A DNA stretch of 64,000 nt from Antedon mediterranea (Eukaryota > Animalia > Echinodermata), in assembly GCF_964355755.1 (NCBI RefSeq), contig NC_092679.1, forward strand, positions 23,977,432-24,041,431, given 5' to 3'. How positions within the stretch are numbered: position 1 is the first letter of the stretch; each line of letters starts with the position of its first letter. Below, piece by piece: positions 35,201 to 43,258 of this stretch. Made by a program: the position numbers and the translations under genes. The notes under the pieces are model-generated. The model searched no databases. It had not been told where the DNA came from and saw nothing but the letters and a program-made list of their open reading frames with translations.

Positions 35201-38113
35201 AAGAGTGTCACAAAGTATCGTGCTAACGCTATTTACACTTCCAGCTGGTCTTTTAAACCATTCATAAGCCAAAAAGAAAGACGAAATTAAACCAATAGTT
35301 TCTAGTGTTTGTACAATGACACAAAATATACGTTTATAAGAACAACCAAATTACAGTTGGTTTATCTATTGTTAAGTACTATATTTAGCTACCAGCTGCA
35401 TCTCTCTGTGCGTGTGCATAAGTGTGTGGAATTTTTTTTTTTATCATTGCTATTTTACTAGTCTTTTTATTCCATTTATAATTCCAATATTGTAGATGCA
35501 ATTATCATGCCTTAGGCAATGTGTCATTTAAAATTTGAATTTTTTTTTATTGTTTTGTTTTGTGAATGTAAGCTTGTAAAGATGCGTCACTTGAGAATTA
35601 ATTAAATTAATAAACAGCTGGACATATCAAATACAACTCGCTTTAAATGCCAATTAAATTGGTATCATTCACCGTTAAATTCAAAAGTTGCCATTTTTTT
35701 AAACACTTGTTAGCATGTCAGTATTTACAGGTTTATATGTGTATAAAGTTGCAACATGGAAAATACTTATAAATGAGTTCATTGTTGATGCTAATATTTT
35801 TGTAAATGCTTTTTTTTTTATATTTAGCACATGACTTTACTTAACAAAACCAGTTAGTTAAAACATCCAAATTGTGTAAAATGTTTAATTTCAAATGAAA
35901 TTTTGTTCAAATAATTTTGTCTAAAAATGTATTCTTTTATTTTTGCTAAAAAAGTTAATTATTTTCAAATAAGGCAATTTTATGTATTTTTTCCCCCTTA
36001 TTTTGTTCTTCCAAAATTTACAAGTTTTGTAAATTTTGAATTCTGTTCTACGTGGAAATTTTAAAATTAAAATTTACAATTTAAATAATGTCCCATTTAT
36101 CTTTTTATGTAATACTTGTTATTACTTTTTAATCCAATTTCAATGTATTTCTGGATTTATAATAAATAATAATATTACATGAACAGACTGTTTGAAACTT
36201 AACATAGAACGTGTAGCTTTGAAGAAAGAAGTGCCAATCTTGATAACATTATAACCAATCACAAGGAACCAACAACCTTTGAGGAATTCTCCGCCCAAGT
36301 GTTTGCGCCCTCACTCAGTCGTAACATCAAGCCAGGTAAACAATTTAATTTAGGCAATTGACCATTGCATTCACTATTGTAAGCACCACTGTGCCTGTTT
36401 AAATGAGAGCCATAGTAAATGGTACCATATTGAATAAAACCTAATATTGTAAAGGTAGTACTTTTTAAACAAAAAAAAAGGAAATTTGAACAGATAGACA
36501 TAGTCAAGACTTAAGTTCCATCAATAATTACAAAACCAAGCAAGAAATGCTTTTTTCTATCCTTATTATTATATAATAATTATTATTCAGAAGTCATTCA
36601 ATTTCTCAGATGTGAATTATTAATTTATGTTGTTTTTAAAGGTGTAAAATTCATTGTTGGCAATAAGCTGAAAGATCCAGATTCAGCCAGCTTAGCAGCA
36701 GCCATTCTTGATGCACAGATCAAAACAACAAAATCGCAGAAGTCATCTCGCTCCAACAGTATTGGTCATTTGGATAGCAGTACTAAAAACCGACGCAGTT
36801 ACCCTAAGCTTGTTCAGACTGTCAGTACAGCTGCTAGGACGGGCTTAAGCCAGCTAGGTAATAAAGTGTTATTTGTAATTGTTTCTAACCTGTAGCCTCC
36901 GATCAAGTATATTACGCCAGGCGATTCTCATACAGTATCATGTCTAAAACCACCAGTATCGTGGCTGCTAACTGCAACAGTCTAACAAATACCATGAACG
37001 CCTACATTTAAACTTACATTAAATCCATAACAATAAACAACAAAAATGGTAGGAGGAGAGGGTCGAAGCTGAACAACCCATAACGCTGAACAAGTGGATT
37101 TAAGAAAAAAATAGAGGGAGTCCAAGAGTACAATGAATTACCATGTCTGGCCCTCTTTTTCTTTCTCTTAGTGGCATCTACCCATGACATGTTGATAATC
37201 ACATATCCATTTCTTTATTTCTATTCTCTTCTATAACTTTTTTGTCTCTGTTAAACTTTGCGCAATAAAAGACAAGATATTCAAAAATAATTTCTTTGAG
37301 TGTTTTAATAATCAATACATACAGTGTTTCTAATTTGTTTGATCTGATTTAGTTTTTTTGGCTTACTGTAAGTATAGAGTTGCATTTACGATAATTTTGC
37401 AATGAACTCTTAGTTAAATGATCATGCTTCTATTTACCAGCTCTGCCTTACATTTAGAGTAGTTACTGAGATTACAATAACAATCATACTTTGAAACTAT
37501 AATATAGATATTGGTATATTTGATTGATTGTTGAGCTGCAGGTTCTTGGCGTTTAATGCCATTTCATCATCTTTATGATCTTATGTACTTTTTTCTCTTT
37601 TCAACAGGTAAAATTGCAAACCAAAATCAAATTGAAATATTTGTTTTTGTCTTTTGGGTTCTTCCCTCCAACTATTATTACTTACCAATAGTTATTACAT
37701 ATTTGAACTTACAATTTTATACCAACTTACACAGATGAGCGGTCATTTTTTAAAGAAGTTTTTTATAAAAATCTGTATGCAATCTTTATTTTTCAAATTG
37801 AAATATAATTGTATATAATATTATTTTATGTAGCATTATTTGCTTTATTTCCTCATAATAAACTTATTTTTCTTTTTTTAAATTGTTTGGATGTACACTT
37901 TTTAAATTACTTGTGTTTTTTTTAATAGGCAAGGTAACTGAAGACCGAACAAAAATAGACGATAAGGGACCAGTTGAGTTTACCAATTCAGCACCGGGGG
38001 ACACGTATGCACCCTTTCCGAAAGGCCGTACCAAATCTAAACGAGTAGTCTCTAACAATTCATCAGAAGTAACGCCACCAGAAAGCCCGACATCTAAAGG
38101 GTTCAAAGTTTAA
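2104..38113 (+). CDS. RALGAPA: Ral GTPase-activating protein subunit alpha (RALGAPA1/2 orthologue), 42 coding exons, about 2072 aa
   Basis: Hand-spliced exons with GT-AG ends sum to 6219 nt in frame. The protein follows human RALGAPA1 as recalled, from [13 protein letters not shown] through [60 protein letters not shown] and [11 protein letters not shown]. Confidence 0.95.
2910..3070 (+). CDS. RALGAPA: RalGAP alpha exon 2
   Basis: [26 protein letters not shown]...[12 protein letters not shown]; ttcag acceptor, gtacg donor. Confidence 0.92.
5395..5468 (-). mobile_element. Second dispersed repeat family with a hammerhead-like core (Penelope-like); second copy at 44183-44258
   Basis: Minus strand reads CUGAGGA-U-GAUCAA..UUGAUC-GAAA-CAUC; the second copy aligns over about 70 nt. 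Confidence 0.5.
5523..5580 (+). CDS. RALGAPA: RalGAP alpha exon 3
   Basis: [19 protein letters not shown]; ccag acceptor, gtgag donor. Confidence 0.9.
5696..5992 (+). mobile_element. tRNA-derived SINE with Deu/Nin-like central domain
   Basis: A-box-like TGGCCGGGCGGTTAAG; central CGGATAAAGACTATAAACCGAAGGTCC..TTAAAGAACC..GAGTAGGGGGTTACCCCGGTGT resembles the recalled Deu domain; several copies in the window. Confidence 0.75.
6637..6680 (+). CDS. RALGAPA: RalGAP alpha exon 4
   Basis: [15 protein letters not shown]; tttag acceptor, gtagg donor. Confidence 0.9.
6809..7107 (+). mobile_element. tRNA/Deu-type SINE copy
   Basis: Aligns with 5696-5992 through head and core; different 3' tail ending AATAAATAAAATA. 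Confidence 0.72.
7126..7315 (+). CDS. RALGAPA: RalGAP alpha exon 5
   Basis: [18 protein letters not shown]...LIPGFP; tacag acceptor, gtaag donor. Confidence 0.9.
7636..7748 (+). CDS. RALGAPA: RalGAP alpha exon 6
   Basis: [17 protein letters not shown]...LLQYTVAQ; gtaag donor. Confidence 0.88.
7832..8478. mobile_element. Foldback-type element with about 145-bp inverted arms in intron 6
   Basis: 7832-7977 is the near-exact reverse complement of 8327-8478. Confidence 0.75.
8701..8839 (+). CDS. RALGAPA: RalGAP alpha exon 7
   Basis: VSKLQWND...[11 protein letters not shown]...SLYAPIL; gtaag donor. Confidence 0.9.
9308..9425 (+). CDS. RALGAPA: RalGAP alpha exon 8
   Basis: DIPSTRK...[11 protein letters not shown]; phase 1 to phase 2, matching its neighbours. 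Confidence 0.85.
9545..9794 (+). CDS. RALGAPA: RalGAP alpha exon 9
   Basis: ...[23 protein letters not shown]; gtaaa donor. Confidence 0.88.
9893..9964 (+). CDS. RALGAPA: RalGAP alpha exon 10
   Basis: [24 protein letters not shown]. Confidence 0.9.
10467..10637 (+). CDS. RALGAPA: RalGAP alpha exon 11
   Basis: [15 protein letters not shown]...PEIEEQ; open frame of 171 nt, phase 0-0. Confidence 0.8.
10655..10885 (-). mobile_element. tRNA/Deu-type SINE copy (diverged)
   Basis: Reverse complement of the same core (GGTTCTTTAAAGTGCACA..GACCTACGGTTTATA). Confidence 0.68.
11006..11218 (+). CDS. RALGAPA: RalGAP alpha exon 12
   Basis: ...[22 protein letters not shown]...LKDH; gtaag donor. Confidence 0.88.
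11549..11622 (+). CDS. RALGAPA: RalGAP alpha exon 13
   Basis: [24 protein letters not shown]; gtaag donor. Confidence 0.88.
12071..12179 (+). CDS. RALGAPA: RalGAP alpha exon 14
   Basis: [15 protein letters not shown]...[12 protein letters not shown]. Confidence 0.88.
12325..12460 (-). mobile_element. tRNA/Deu-type SINE fragment
   Basis: GGGTAACCC..CTACTCATCTCGAA..CTAGGTTCTTTAAG matches the core. Confidence 0.62.
12570..12692 (+). CDS. RALGAPA: RalGAP alpha exon 15
   Basis: [11 protein letters not shown]...[24 protein letters not shown]. Confidence 0.92.
13243..13582 (+). CDS. RALGAPA: RalGAP alpha exon 16
   Basis: [31 protein letters not shown]...; the 3' end is inferred from donor G/GTATAT and the phase match. 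Confidence 0.85.
13819..14782. repeat. 28-bp minisatellite, about 34 copies, in intron 16
   Basis: Unit GACCATTATCTAGAGATGACTATCGTTA. Confidence 0.97.
14938..15066 (+). CDS. RALGAPA: RalGAP alpha exon 17
   Basis: VRQRSFP...LIRSSSTGD, resembling the human PRSSSTSD phospho-motif. Confidence 0.8.
15270..15371 (+). CDS. RALGAPA: RalGAP alpha exon 18 (variable linker)
   Basis: [21 protein letters not shown]...; 102 nt, phase 1-1, good splice sites. Confidence 0.72.
15702..16025 (+). CDS. RALGAPA: RalGAP alpha exon 19 (acidic/Ser-rich linker)
   Basis: Open frame of 324 nt, phase 1-1. Confidence 0.78.
16080..16255 (+). mobile_element. Penelope-like terminal repeat remnant carrying the hammerhead
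   Basis: Its 3' part (ATACCCACAGCATTGTCATTTTTTTCAG) recurs at 28146-28195 (+) and about 63275-63322 (-). Confidence 0.55.
16088..16124 (+). ncRNA. Minimal type I hammerhead ribozyme motif (Penelope-like) in intron 19
   Basis: GCA-CUGAUGA-A-GGGC-UAGUGUU-GCCC-GAAA-GCUC-UGC: both core boxes, a 4-bp stem II, a 3-bp stem I and palindromic AGCU in place of stem III. Confidence 0.7.
16328..16611 (+). CDS. RALGAPA: RalGAP alpha exon 20
   Basis: [22 protein letters not shown]...[10 protein letters not shown]...PWLFQ. Confidence 0.93.
17278..17433 (+). CDS. RALGAPA: RalGAP alpha exon 21
   Basis: [20 protein letters not shown]...[15 protein letters not shown]. Confidence 0.92.
17582..17710 (+). CDS. 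RALGAPA: RalGAP alpha exon 22
   Basis: [33 protein letters not shown]. Confidence 0.92.
17816..17941 (+). CDS. RALGAPA: RalGAP alpha exon 23
   Basis: [24 protein letters not shown]...DVK. Confidence 0.92.
18344..18511 (+). CDS. RALGAPA: RalGAP alpha exon 24
   Basis: [37 protein letters not shown]...[13 protein letters not shown]. Confidence 0.92.
18610..18720 (+). CDS. RALGAPA: RalGAP alpha exon 25
   Basis: [16 protein letters not shown]...PKKIIE. Confidence 0.9.
18956..19024 (+). CDS. RALGAPA: RalGAP alpha exon 26
   Basis: [23 protein letters not shown]. Confidence 0.85.
19418..19543 (+). CDS. RALGAPA: RalGAP alpha exon 27
   Basis: [18 protein letters not shown]...IQTVFK. Confidence 0.88.
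19595..19912 (+). mobile_element. 5S rRNA-headed SINE remnant
   Basis: CGTTGAAACACCGGTTCTTGTCAGATCACCAAAGTTAGC matches the 5' half of invertebrate 5S rRNA as recalled; then a B-box-like GGTTTGAGCC, Deu-like GTCCTTCAGATGGGACGTAAAGCCG and a (TACCTT)n tail. Confidence 0.6.
19943..20130. repeat. 47-48-bp tandem repeat, 4 copies, spanning the exon 28 acceptor
   Basis: Unit TATTGTGTTATGATGACCGCTTGTTT(T)CTTGTAGGTTGTCCARTCATG. Confidence 0.93.
20119..20299 (+). CDS. RALGAPA: RalGAP alpha exon 28
   Basis: VVQSVAEG...[22 protein letters not shown]; its acceptor is the last of four tandem copies. Confidence 0.87.
20578..20648 (+). CDS. RALGAPA: RalGAP alpha exon 29
   Basis: [24 protein letters not shown]; needed to restore the phase. 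Confidence 0.82.
20847..21056 (+). CDS. RALGAPA: RalGAP alpha exon 30
   Basis: [17 protein letters not shown]...[12 protein letters not shown]. Confidence 0.92.
21207..21360 (+). CDS. RALGAPA: RalGAP alpha exon 31
   Basis: [19 protein letters not shown]. Confidence 0.92.
21727..21878 (+). CDS. RALGAPA: RalGAP alpha exon 32
   Basis: ...[17 protein letters not shown]. Confidence 0.85.
22204..22385 (+). CDS. RALGAPA: RalGAP alpha exon 33
   Basis: [25 protein letters not shown]. Confidence 0.92.
22824..22931 (+). CDS. RALGAPA: RalGAP alpha exon 34
   Basis: [23 protein letters not shown]. Confidence 0.92.
23439..23510 (+). CDS. RALGAPA: RalGAP alpha exon 35
   Basis: [18 protein letters not shown]. 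Confidence 0.92.
23960..24083 (+). CDS. RALGAPA: RalGAP alpha exon 36 (start of RapGAP-type domain)
   Basis: [23 protein letters not shown]...[11 protein letters not shown]. Confidence 0.94.
25050..25980. repeat. Decayed AT-rich tandem repeat in intron 36
   Basis: Recurrent ATATAAAGTGCTT..AAATAAAT and ATCATACATAGA.TAGATAAAA blocks. Confidence 0.55.
26372..26505. mobile_element. MITE family A (PIF/Harbinger-like); other copies at 4320-4475, 17975-18092, 21938-22035 and 38240-38368
   Basis: TIRs CTGTCTACACTATCAAA / TTTGATAGTGTAGACAG, shared core CCCAAATATGGTAGTGATAT, TTA/TAA flanks. Confidence 0.75.
27682..27834 (+). CDS. RALGAPA: RalGAP alpha exon 37 (GAP domain)
   Basis: [20 protein letters not shown]...[11 protein letters not shown]. 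Confidence 0.94.
27924..28082 (+). CDS. RALGAPA: RalGAP alpha exon 38 (catalytic asparagine thumb)
   Basis: [25 protein letters not shown]; catalytic Asn codon at 27939-27941. Confidence 0.94.
29470..30114 (+). mobile_element. 5'-truncated CR1/L2-group LINE 3' end in intron 38
   Basis: ORF 29510-29827: [35 protein letters not shown]; AT-rich 3' UTR and an (AATC)n tail. Confidence 0.8.
30214..30341 (+). CDS. RALGAPA: RalGAP alpha exon 39
   Basis: [13 protein letters not shown]...[11 protein letters not shown]...IPLYQK; followed by the U12 donor GTATCCTTT. Confidence 0.93.
30342..36216 (+). other. U12-type (minor spliceosome) GT-AG intron 39
   Basis: Donor GTATCCTTT at 30342-30350; branch-like CTTAAC at 36198-36203, about 14 nt before the AG; no polypyrimidine tract. 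Confidence 0.88.
31183..31575. repeat. 62-bp minisatellite, about 6 copies, in the U12 intron
   Basis: Unit AATGCTAGCATTATGAGATGGGTTATGGGATGGTTATAACCTATGATTCATGCCCTACTGGT. Confidence 0.95.
36217..36335 (+). CDS. RALGAPA: RalGAP alpha exon 40
   Basis: [32 protein letters not shown]. Confidence 0.92.
36642..36857 (+). CDS. RALGAPA: RalGAP alpha exon 41 (C-terminal extension)
   Basis: Open frame of 216 nt, phase 1-1, [13 protein letters not shown]; higher GC than its flanks. Confidence 0.75.
37929..38113 (+). CDS. RALGAPA: RalGAP alpha terminal coding exon 42
   Basis: GKVTEDRTK...[14 protein letters not shown] then stop; pyrimidine tract plus tag acceptor, phase matches. Confidence 0.75.
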
Positions 38114-41100
38114 TGGTAGTTTTATCTTGTTCTTTTTACCATACCATTTTATTTTAATTATATTATATATATTTCAAATTTATTTATTTATAGCAATTCT
38201 AGTTTTCTGTGTCAACTTTACAGCAACAAATATTTGTTAAAACTCTGTCTACACTATCAAACTTTATGTGACAAAAAAAACTGAGGTGTCCCATATGAAC
38301 ACAATGACATCATATCACTACCAGATTTGGACACATCACATTTTTTTGTCAAACTAGACAGAGCTTTTGGACCCAAAATTAATTTCAATGTAACCTTTTA
38401 CATTTTACAACAGAAATTTTAAAAACACATTTACTTCACGGACAGCTAGCAAATAGAAATTTATGTTCAAAGAAAAGTAACAGAGCCCTCACTGATATAT
38501 ACTAATTAATACATTGAATTTAAATTCATAGGAGAATAGCCTGACTTGCAGCCTACTTAGGTGACTTGCACACTGGTATAAACGACACTGTCTACAATTG
38601 CCAAATTACATAAAAGATGAAAAACAAAACTCATACAAAAAAAAGATAAACCATTGTACTCACTCACCCAGTTACATTTATAGAATCATATTTTCTTTCT
38701 TTTTTTTAACTAATGCAAAGATTAAATTAATTTTTAAAATAAAAAAACAAATCAATTAAAAAAAATTTATATTTTAATTTAATTTATTTCAGAATTATTC
38801 TATGAACTTTTATATGAAACAACTATACATTCTCTAGTATTATTATTCTGATTAAGTTCATGTTATATTAAGTAACTCTATTGTCACAAGCAAAATAAAT
38901 TATCATAACATCAGCATTGTCACTAGATTTTCCAGATATAGTAATGCATTATAAATGATTCATTGAAAAATGTATATCAATACCGGATGCACTTATGAAA
39001 TGATCATAGATTATTAAAACACTTTTTTTTTCATGGTATTTGAATTGAGGGCGCTCTACCAAACTGACCATCAATTTGGATCTCCACCATGTTGATGTGA
39101 AACATTTAATATTTTAATTACAATTTAAATTAATTTAATTTCCACTGCACATACAATATGTCAAGTACAAAGAATAGAAGAACCTTGTTTGGTCATTGAC
39201 ATCTCTTGGTCTTTATATTAGTGACCTCTATTCATAGTTTGTTTGCTAAAATCAGAACTACATCACCTTCCCTTTCTGTTAGATCTACTAAAAACGGATT
39301 GATCTCCACCTGTTTCCATAGCGACAACTTGTGGAAGAGCAACTATCATGTTCCTTTTCTCCTTGTGATATCTACTCGCAACAGACTGGTTACCACGGAC
39401 CTAAACCTCTTCCTATTCGTCTTATAGGCATCTACTCTTTTAGTGGCATCTACTCGTTGAAAACTGGTCAGCGCAGATCATCACCTCTTTCTCTTCCTCT
39501 TAGTCGCATCTACAGTACTTGTTTCAGATTCATATCTACAGTATCATATTCAGACCTCAACCTCTGTCACTTCCTTTTAGAGTGACTCGCATCTACTCGT
39601 TTCTCTTAGTGACGTCTATTTGTAAACAGTTACATGGTCTTCGCCTCTTTTTCTTTCTTTTAGTGGCATCTACTTGTAAGATATTGATAATCACAAATTC
39701 ATTTATTTATTTCAATTCTCTTCTATAACTTTTTTACTTTGTTGAACTTTGCACAATAAAAGACTAGATATTCAAATTAGTTTTTTTGGAGCCATGTTAC
39801 GATCAACTTAAATATTTACATTTGTCATAAAAAGCAAATGTTATTTATTTAGTCTACTTAATGCATTGGTATTGTTTATGTTTATCTGTTATAGAAATAA
39901 TTTACATTGTAATGTAGAAAAATCAATGAAAATCAGTATTCAGGACATCATTATCTATATTTGCTGATGATAATGAATTGTAATGAACTAATTTATGATT
40001 GGTAATTAATGTTTTATCATGTAATTAATTTAAAATGTAACAAAGAACTTGTGTAGTGTTAGAACGTTGCTATCTTAATTCCTTGTGAAAAGGTTGAGTG
40101 TACTAAATTTGCTTTCTTTGGAGACTTTGGATTATGTATACATTGGATTGCAGTTACTGCAGTAGCTACATTCTTCACTCAAATATTAGTTTGTTCCAAG
40201 TTTTTTGAGACACTGAGTTACTGCAATAAATGTGTATGATTACCAAATAAGGGCTTGCTAAATCATTTCATAAACAGGTTGATGAGTATACAAAATATGA
40301 TTACTGCAGTAACTATAAACATGGTCACTTATATGGTAGCTTCTATACCTAATTCTCAGCATAATTTCGGACATGTAACTTACATTTTATATAGTCAGTA
40401 CACATAAAACTAGGACAAACGTATAGATGTACTGTATCTGTTCACTTAGCTGTTTGTGTTTTTCAAATTAAATTTTCAATAAATCAGTGTTAGGAAAACC
40501 TGAAAAACCATGAATTTTACGTACGTCCTTGCATTGCGTCGATAGTGGGAACCAAGCTTAAAGAGCGCGTAATAAATGTTCGTTATTATTATACCCAGTA
40601 CTCACACATAACTTTGACATGTTGCTGATTTCATATCTAGACCTATATATTGTTAATTATTTACTTTGACAAATTTTGTAAAATGCGGTCATAATACCAC
40701 ACATAAAATATTTATCTTTCATGATGAGTAACGCAGTAGTTTGCATTTTAATATACTTCATACTTGGAAAAATTATTTTATCATATTTCGAAAAATAATT
40801 TTAGTCTGCCGTCCTTTTCGTTTTTAAATAGCCAAGGCTATATACATATATCAAAATAACTGTACTATCAATTGTTAGATTAACGTGTTTTCTTAGAAAT
40901 ATATAGTCTATTTATTTGTATATTCCTTTACCATATTATACACTATATACCGGTATTTACGCATTAAATTTTTTTAAAAATAATAATAATTATTTCTCAA
41001 TCACTCGTTATTATACAACATTTATTAATTTTACTTTTCTTTTATTTTATACATGTTTTACCAACATAAAAATCAGCAATATATTTTATAATTGCTAATA

Positions 41101-41557
41101 ATATACAACACAAATATCTGTAAATATTATTTATTACTGTATAGATAGTGGTTAACGTTTATTACTGTATAGATAGTGGTTAACGTTTTCTATCAAAGAA
41201 AAAAAATGTAATAATGTAAACATAGCATTTATGATAATTTGTATGATGAGAATTTAAATAATTTTAGTTTTTATTTTAAAATGTCTTTAGCAAACAATTA
41301 TCACCTTGTTTAAAGTTTTATCACTATATAAATTGGTACTGCATTTTGATATGTTTTATATTTTATTAGTTTTCCGATGTACATTCATTTAGGGGTGCTC
41401 GAAATGTATGTATGTATGTTGTTAACTAACTCCACATTCTGTGCCAACAGATGACTAGACGCTCGTCTTGGCACTAATCGGGCCATTTAGCAGGCTAAAG
41501 GCCAATTTACACAGGCGAGCCTCGTCTTGGCACTAATCGGGCCATTTAGCAGGCTAA

Positions 41558-41924
41558 AGGCCAATTTACACAGGCGAGCGCTAACGGTAATACAAATATA
41601 GAATCTTTATTCATTATGACCATTTACACAAAACTTGGAGAGGACGGGCTGTTGCCGCTCAGGATAGATGCAGATTATATGTGGGACAAGCTACGCGGTT
41701 TTCCGCTAATGCTTGGTTCCCACTAGCGACGCAATCTACGCAACGTAAGAAAATGTTCTTCTAATCATTGCGTTTGCCCCCGCCAGCGTGAAATCAAACA
41801 TGCGATGTTTGCAGCACTGTTGCGTCGTCGGTTCCCACTTGTGATTACGCAATACAGTACTTTGCATCGATACGTCGCTGCGAACCACGCTTTACCGTTA
41901 CCGCTCGTCTGTGTAAATTGGCCT
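41558..41924. mobile_element. MITE containing a family B MITE remnant at about 41711-41888
   Basis: TIRs AGGCCAATTTACACAGGCGAGCG / CGCTCGTCTGTGTAAATTGGCCT. Confidence 0.72.
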
Positions 41925-42192
41925 TATGTTAGCTTCATAAGCTCAGTGATCGTGAGAACTTTTGCGAGAAGGAACCAACTTAACTAAATAATTAATAATT
42001 ATGTGTAAACGGTTCCGACTCGCGAAGAAACGCTCTGTACTTTGTTGATCGTGTGAATGCACAGTAATGATAATGTAGGTATAGCGTTAACATGCCGTAA
42101 ATACTGTCATAAATTGTAGCTCGTTACAAGTCTGTTTAAATGTGAATGCAAAGTTAAACGAGAATATATTCTATTATTATTCACTTTTCTGC

Positions 42193-42702
42193 TATATAGT
42201 ATACATGTATATACTGTATAGTATGCTATAGTATACATGTATATACTGTATAGTATGCTATAGTATACATGTATATACTGTATAGTATGCTATAGTATAC
42301 ATGTATATACTGTATAGTATGCTATAGTATACATGTATATACTGTATAGTATGCTATAGTATACATGTATATACTGTATAGTATGCTATAGTATACATGT
42401 ATATACTGTATAGTATGCTATAGTATACATGTATATACTGTATAGTATGCTATAGTATACATGTATATACTGTATAGTATGCTATAGTATACATGTATAT
42501 ACTGTATAGTATGCTATAGTATACATGTAAATACTGTATAGTATGCTATAGTATACATGTATATACTGTATAGTATGCTATAGTATACATGTATATACTG
42601 TATAGTATGCTATAGTATACATGTATATACTGTATAGTATGCTATAGTATACATGTATATACTGTATAGTATGCTATAGTATACATGTATATACTGTATA
42701 GT
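42193..42702. repeat. 32-bp quasi-palindromic minisatellite, about 16 copies
   Basis: Unit GCTATAGTATACATGTATATACTGTATAGTAT. Confidence 0.96.
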
Positions 42703-43084
42703 TATACTACAGTTATTTTACTGTCACCAATATTGTTTATTAGTAGAATTATTAAGGTGATGGGGCTATTTGAGGGTTAAATTCGTTCTTTATTCAACCT
42801 CTACAAATAAATATAAGAACAACACGAAATTTAATATATATGTTAAAATGATAATGATGTAATACACCAACATTATATAGTTTACTTAATGAAATTATCC
42901 TTATTATTAATACAGTCGTACTTAAGTTATTATGCTGTATGTATATGAATATTCAGAGATAACGGACTTGATTGGTGATAACAGTCTAATGTAACTTTTA
43001 GATATTAAATTACAATATTATGATTTCAAATTAAAATAATTTATAATGCGTAATGTATATAAATGGTAATCATTAACGTCGTGT

Positions 43085-43258
43085 ATAGTGAAGGCGTGCC
43101 ATATCTTTGATAGTGAAGGCGTGCCATAACTCTGATAGTGAAGGCGTGCCATAACTCTGATATTGAAGACGTGCCATAACTCTGATAGTGAAAGCGTGCC
43201 ATAACTCTGATAGTGAAGGCGTGCCATAACTCTGATAGTGAAGGCGTGCCATAACTCT
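43085..43258. repeat. 25-bp minisatellite, about 7 copies
   Basis: Unit TGATAGTGAAGGCGTGCCATAACTC. Confidence 0.93.

Noticed and set aside
39159-39820. Complete solo LTR
   Set aside because: TG...CA ends can be chosen, but there is no target-site duplication or primer-binding site; kept only as an unclassified repeat.
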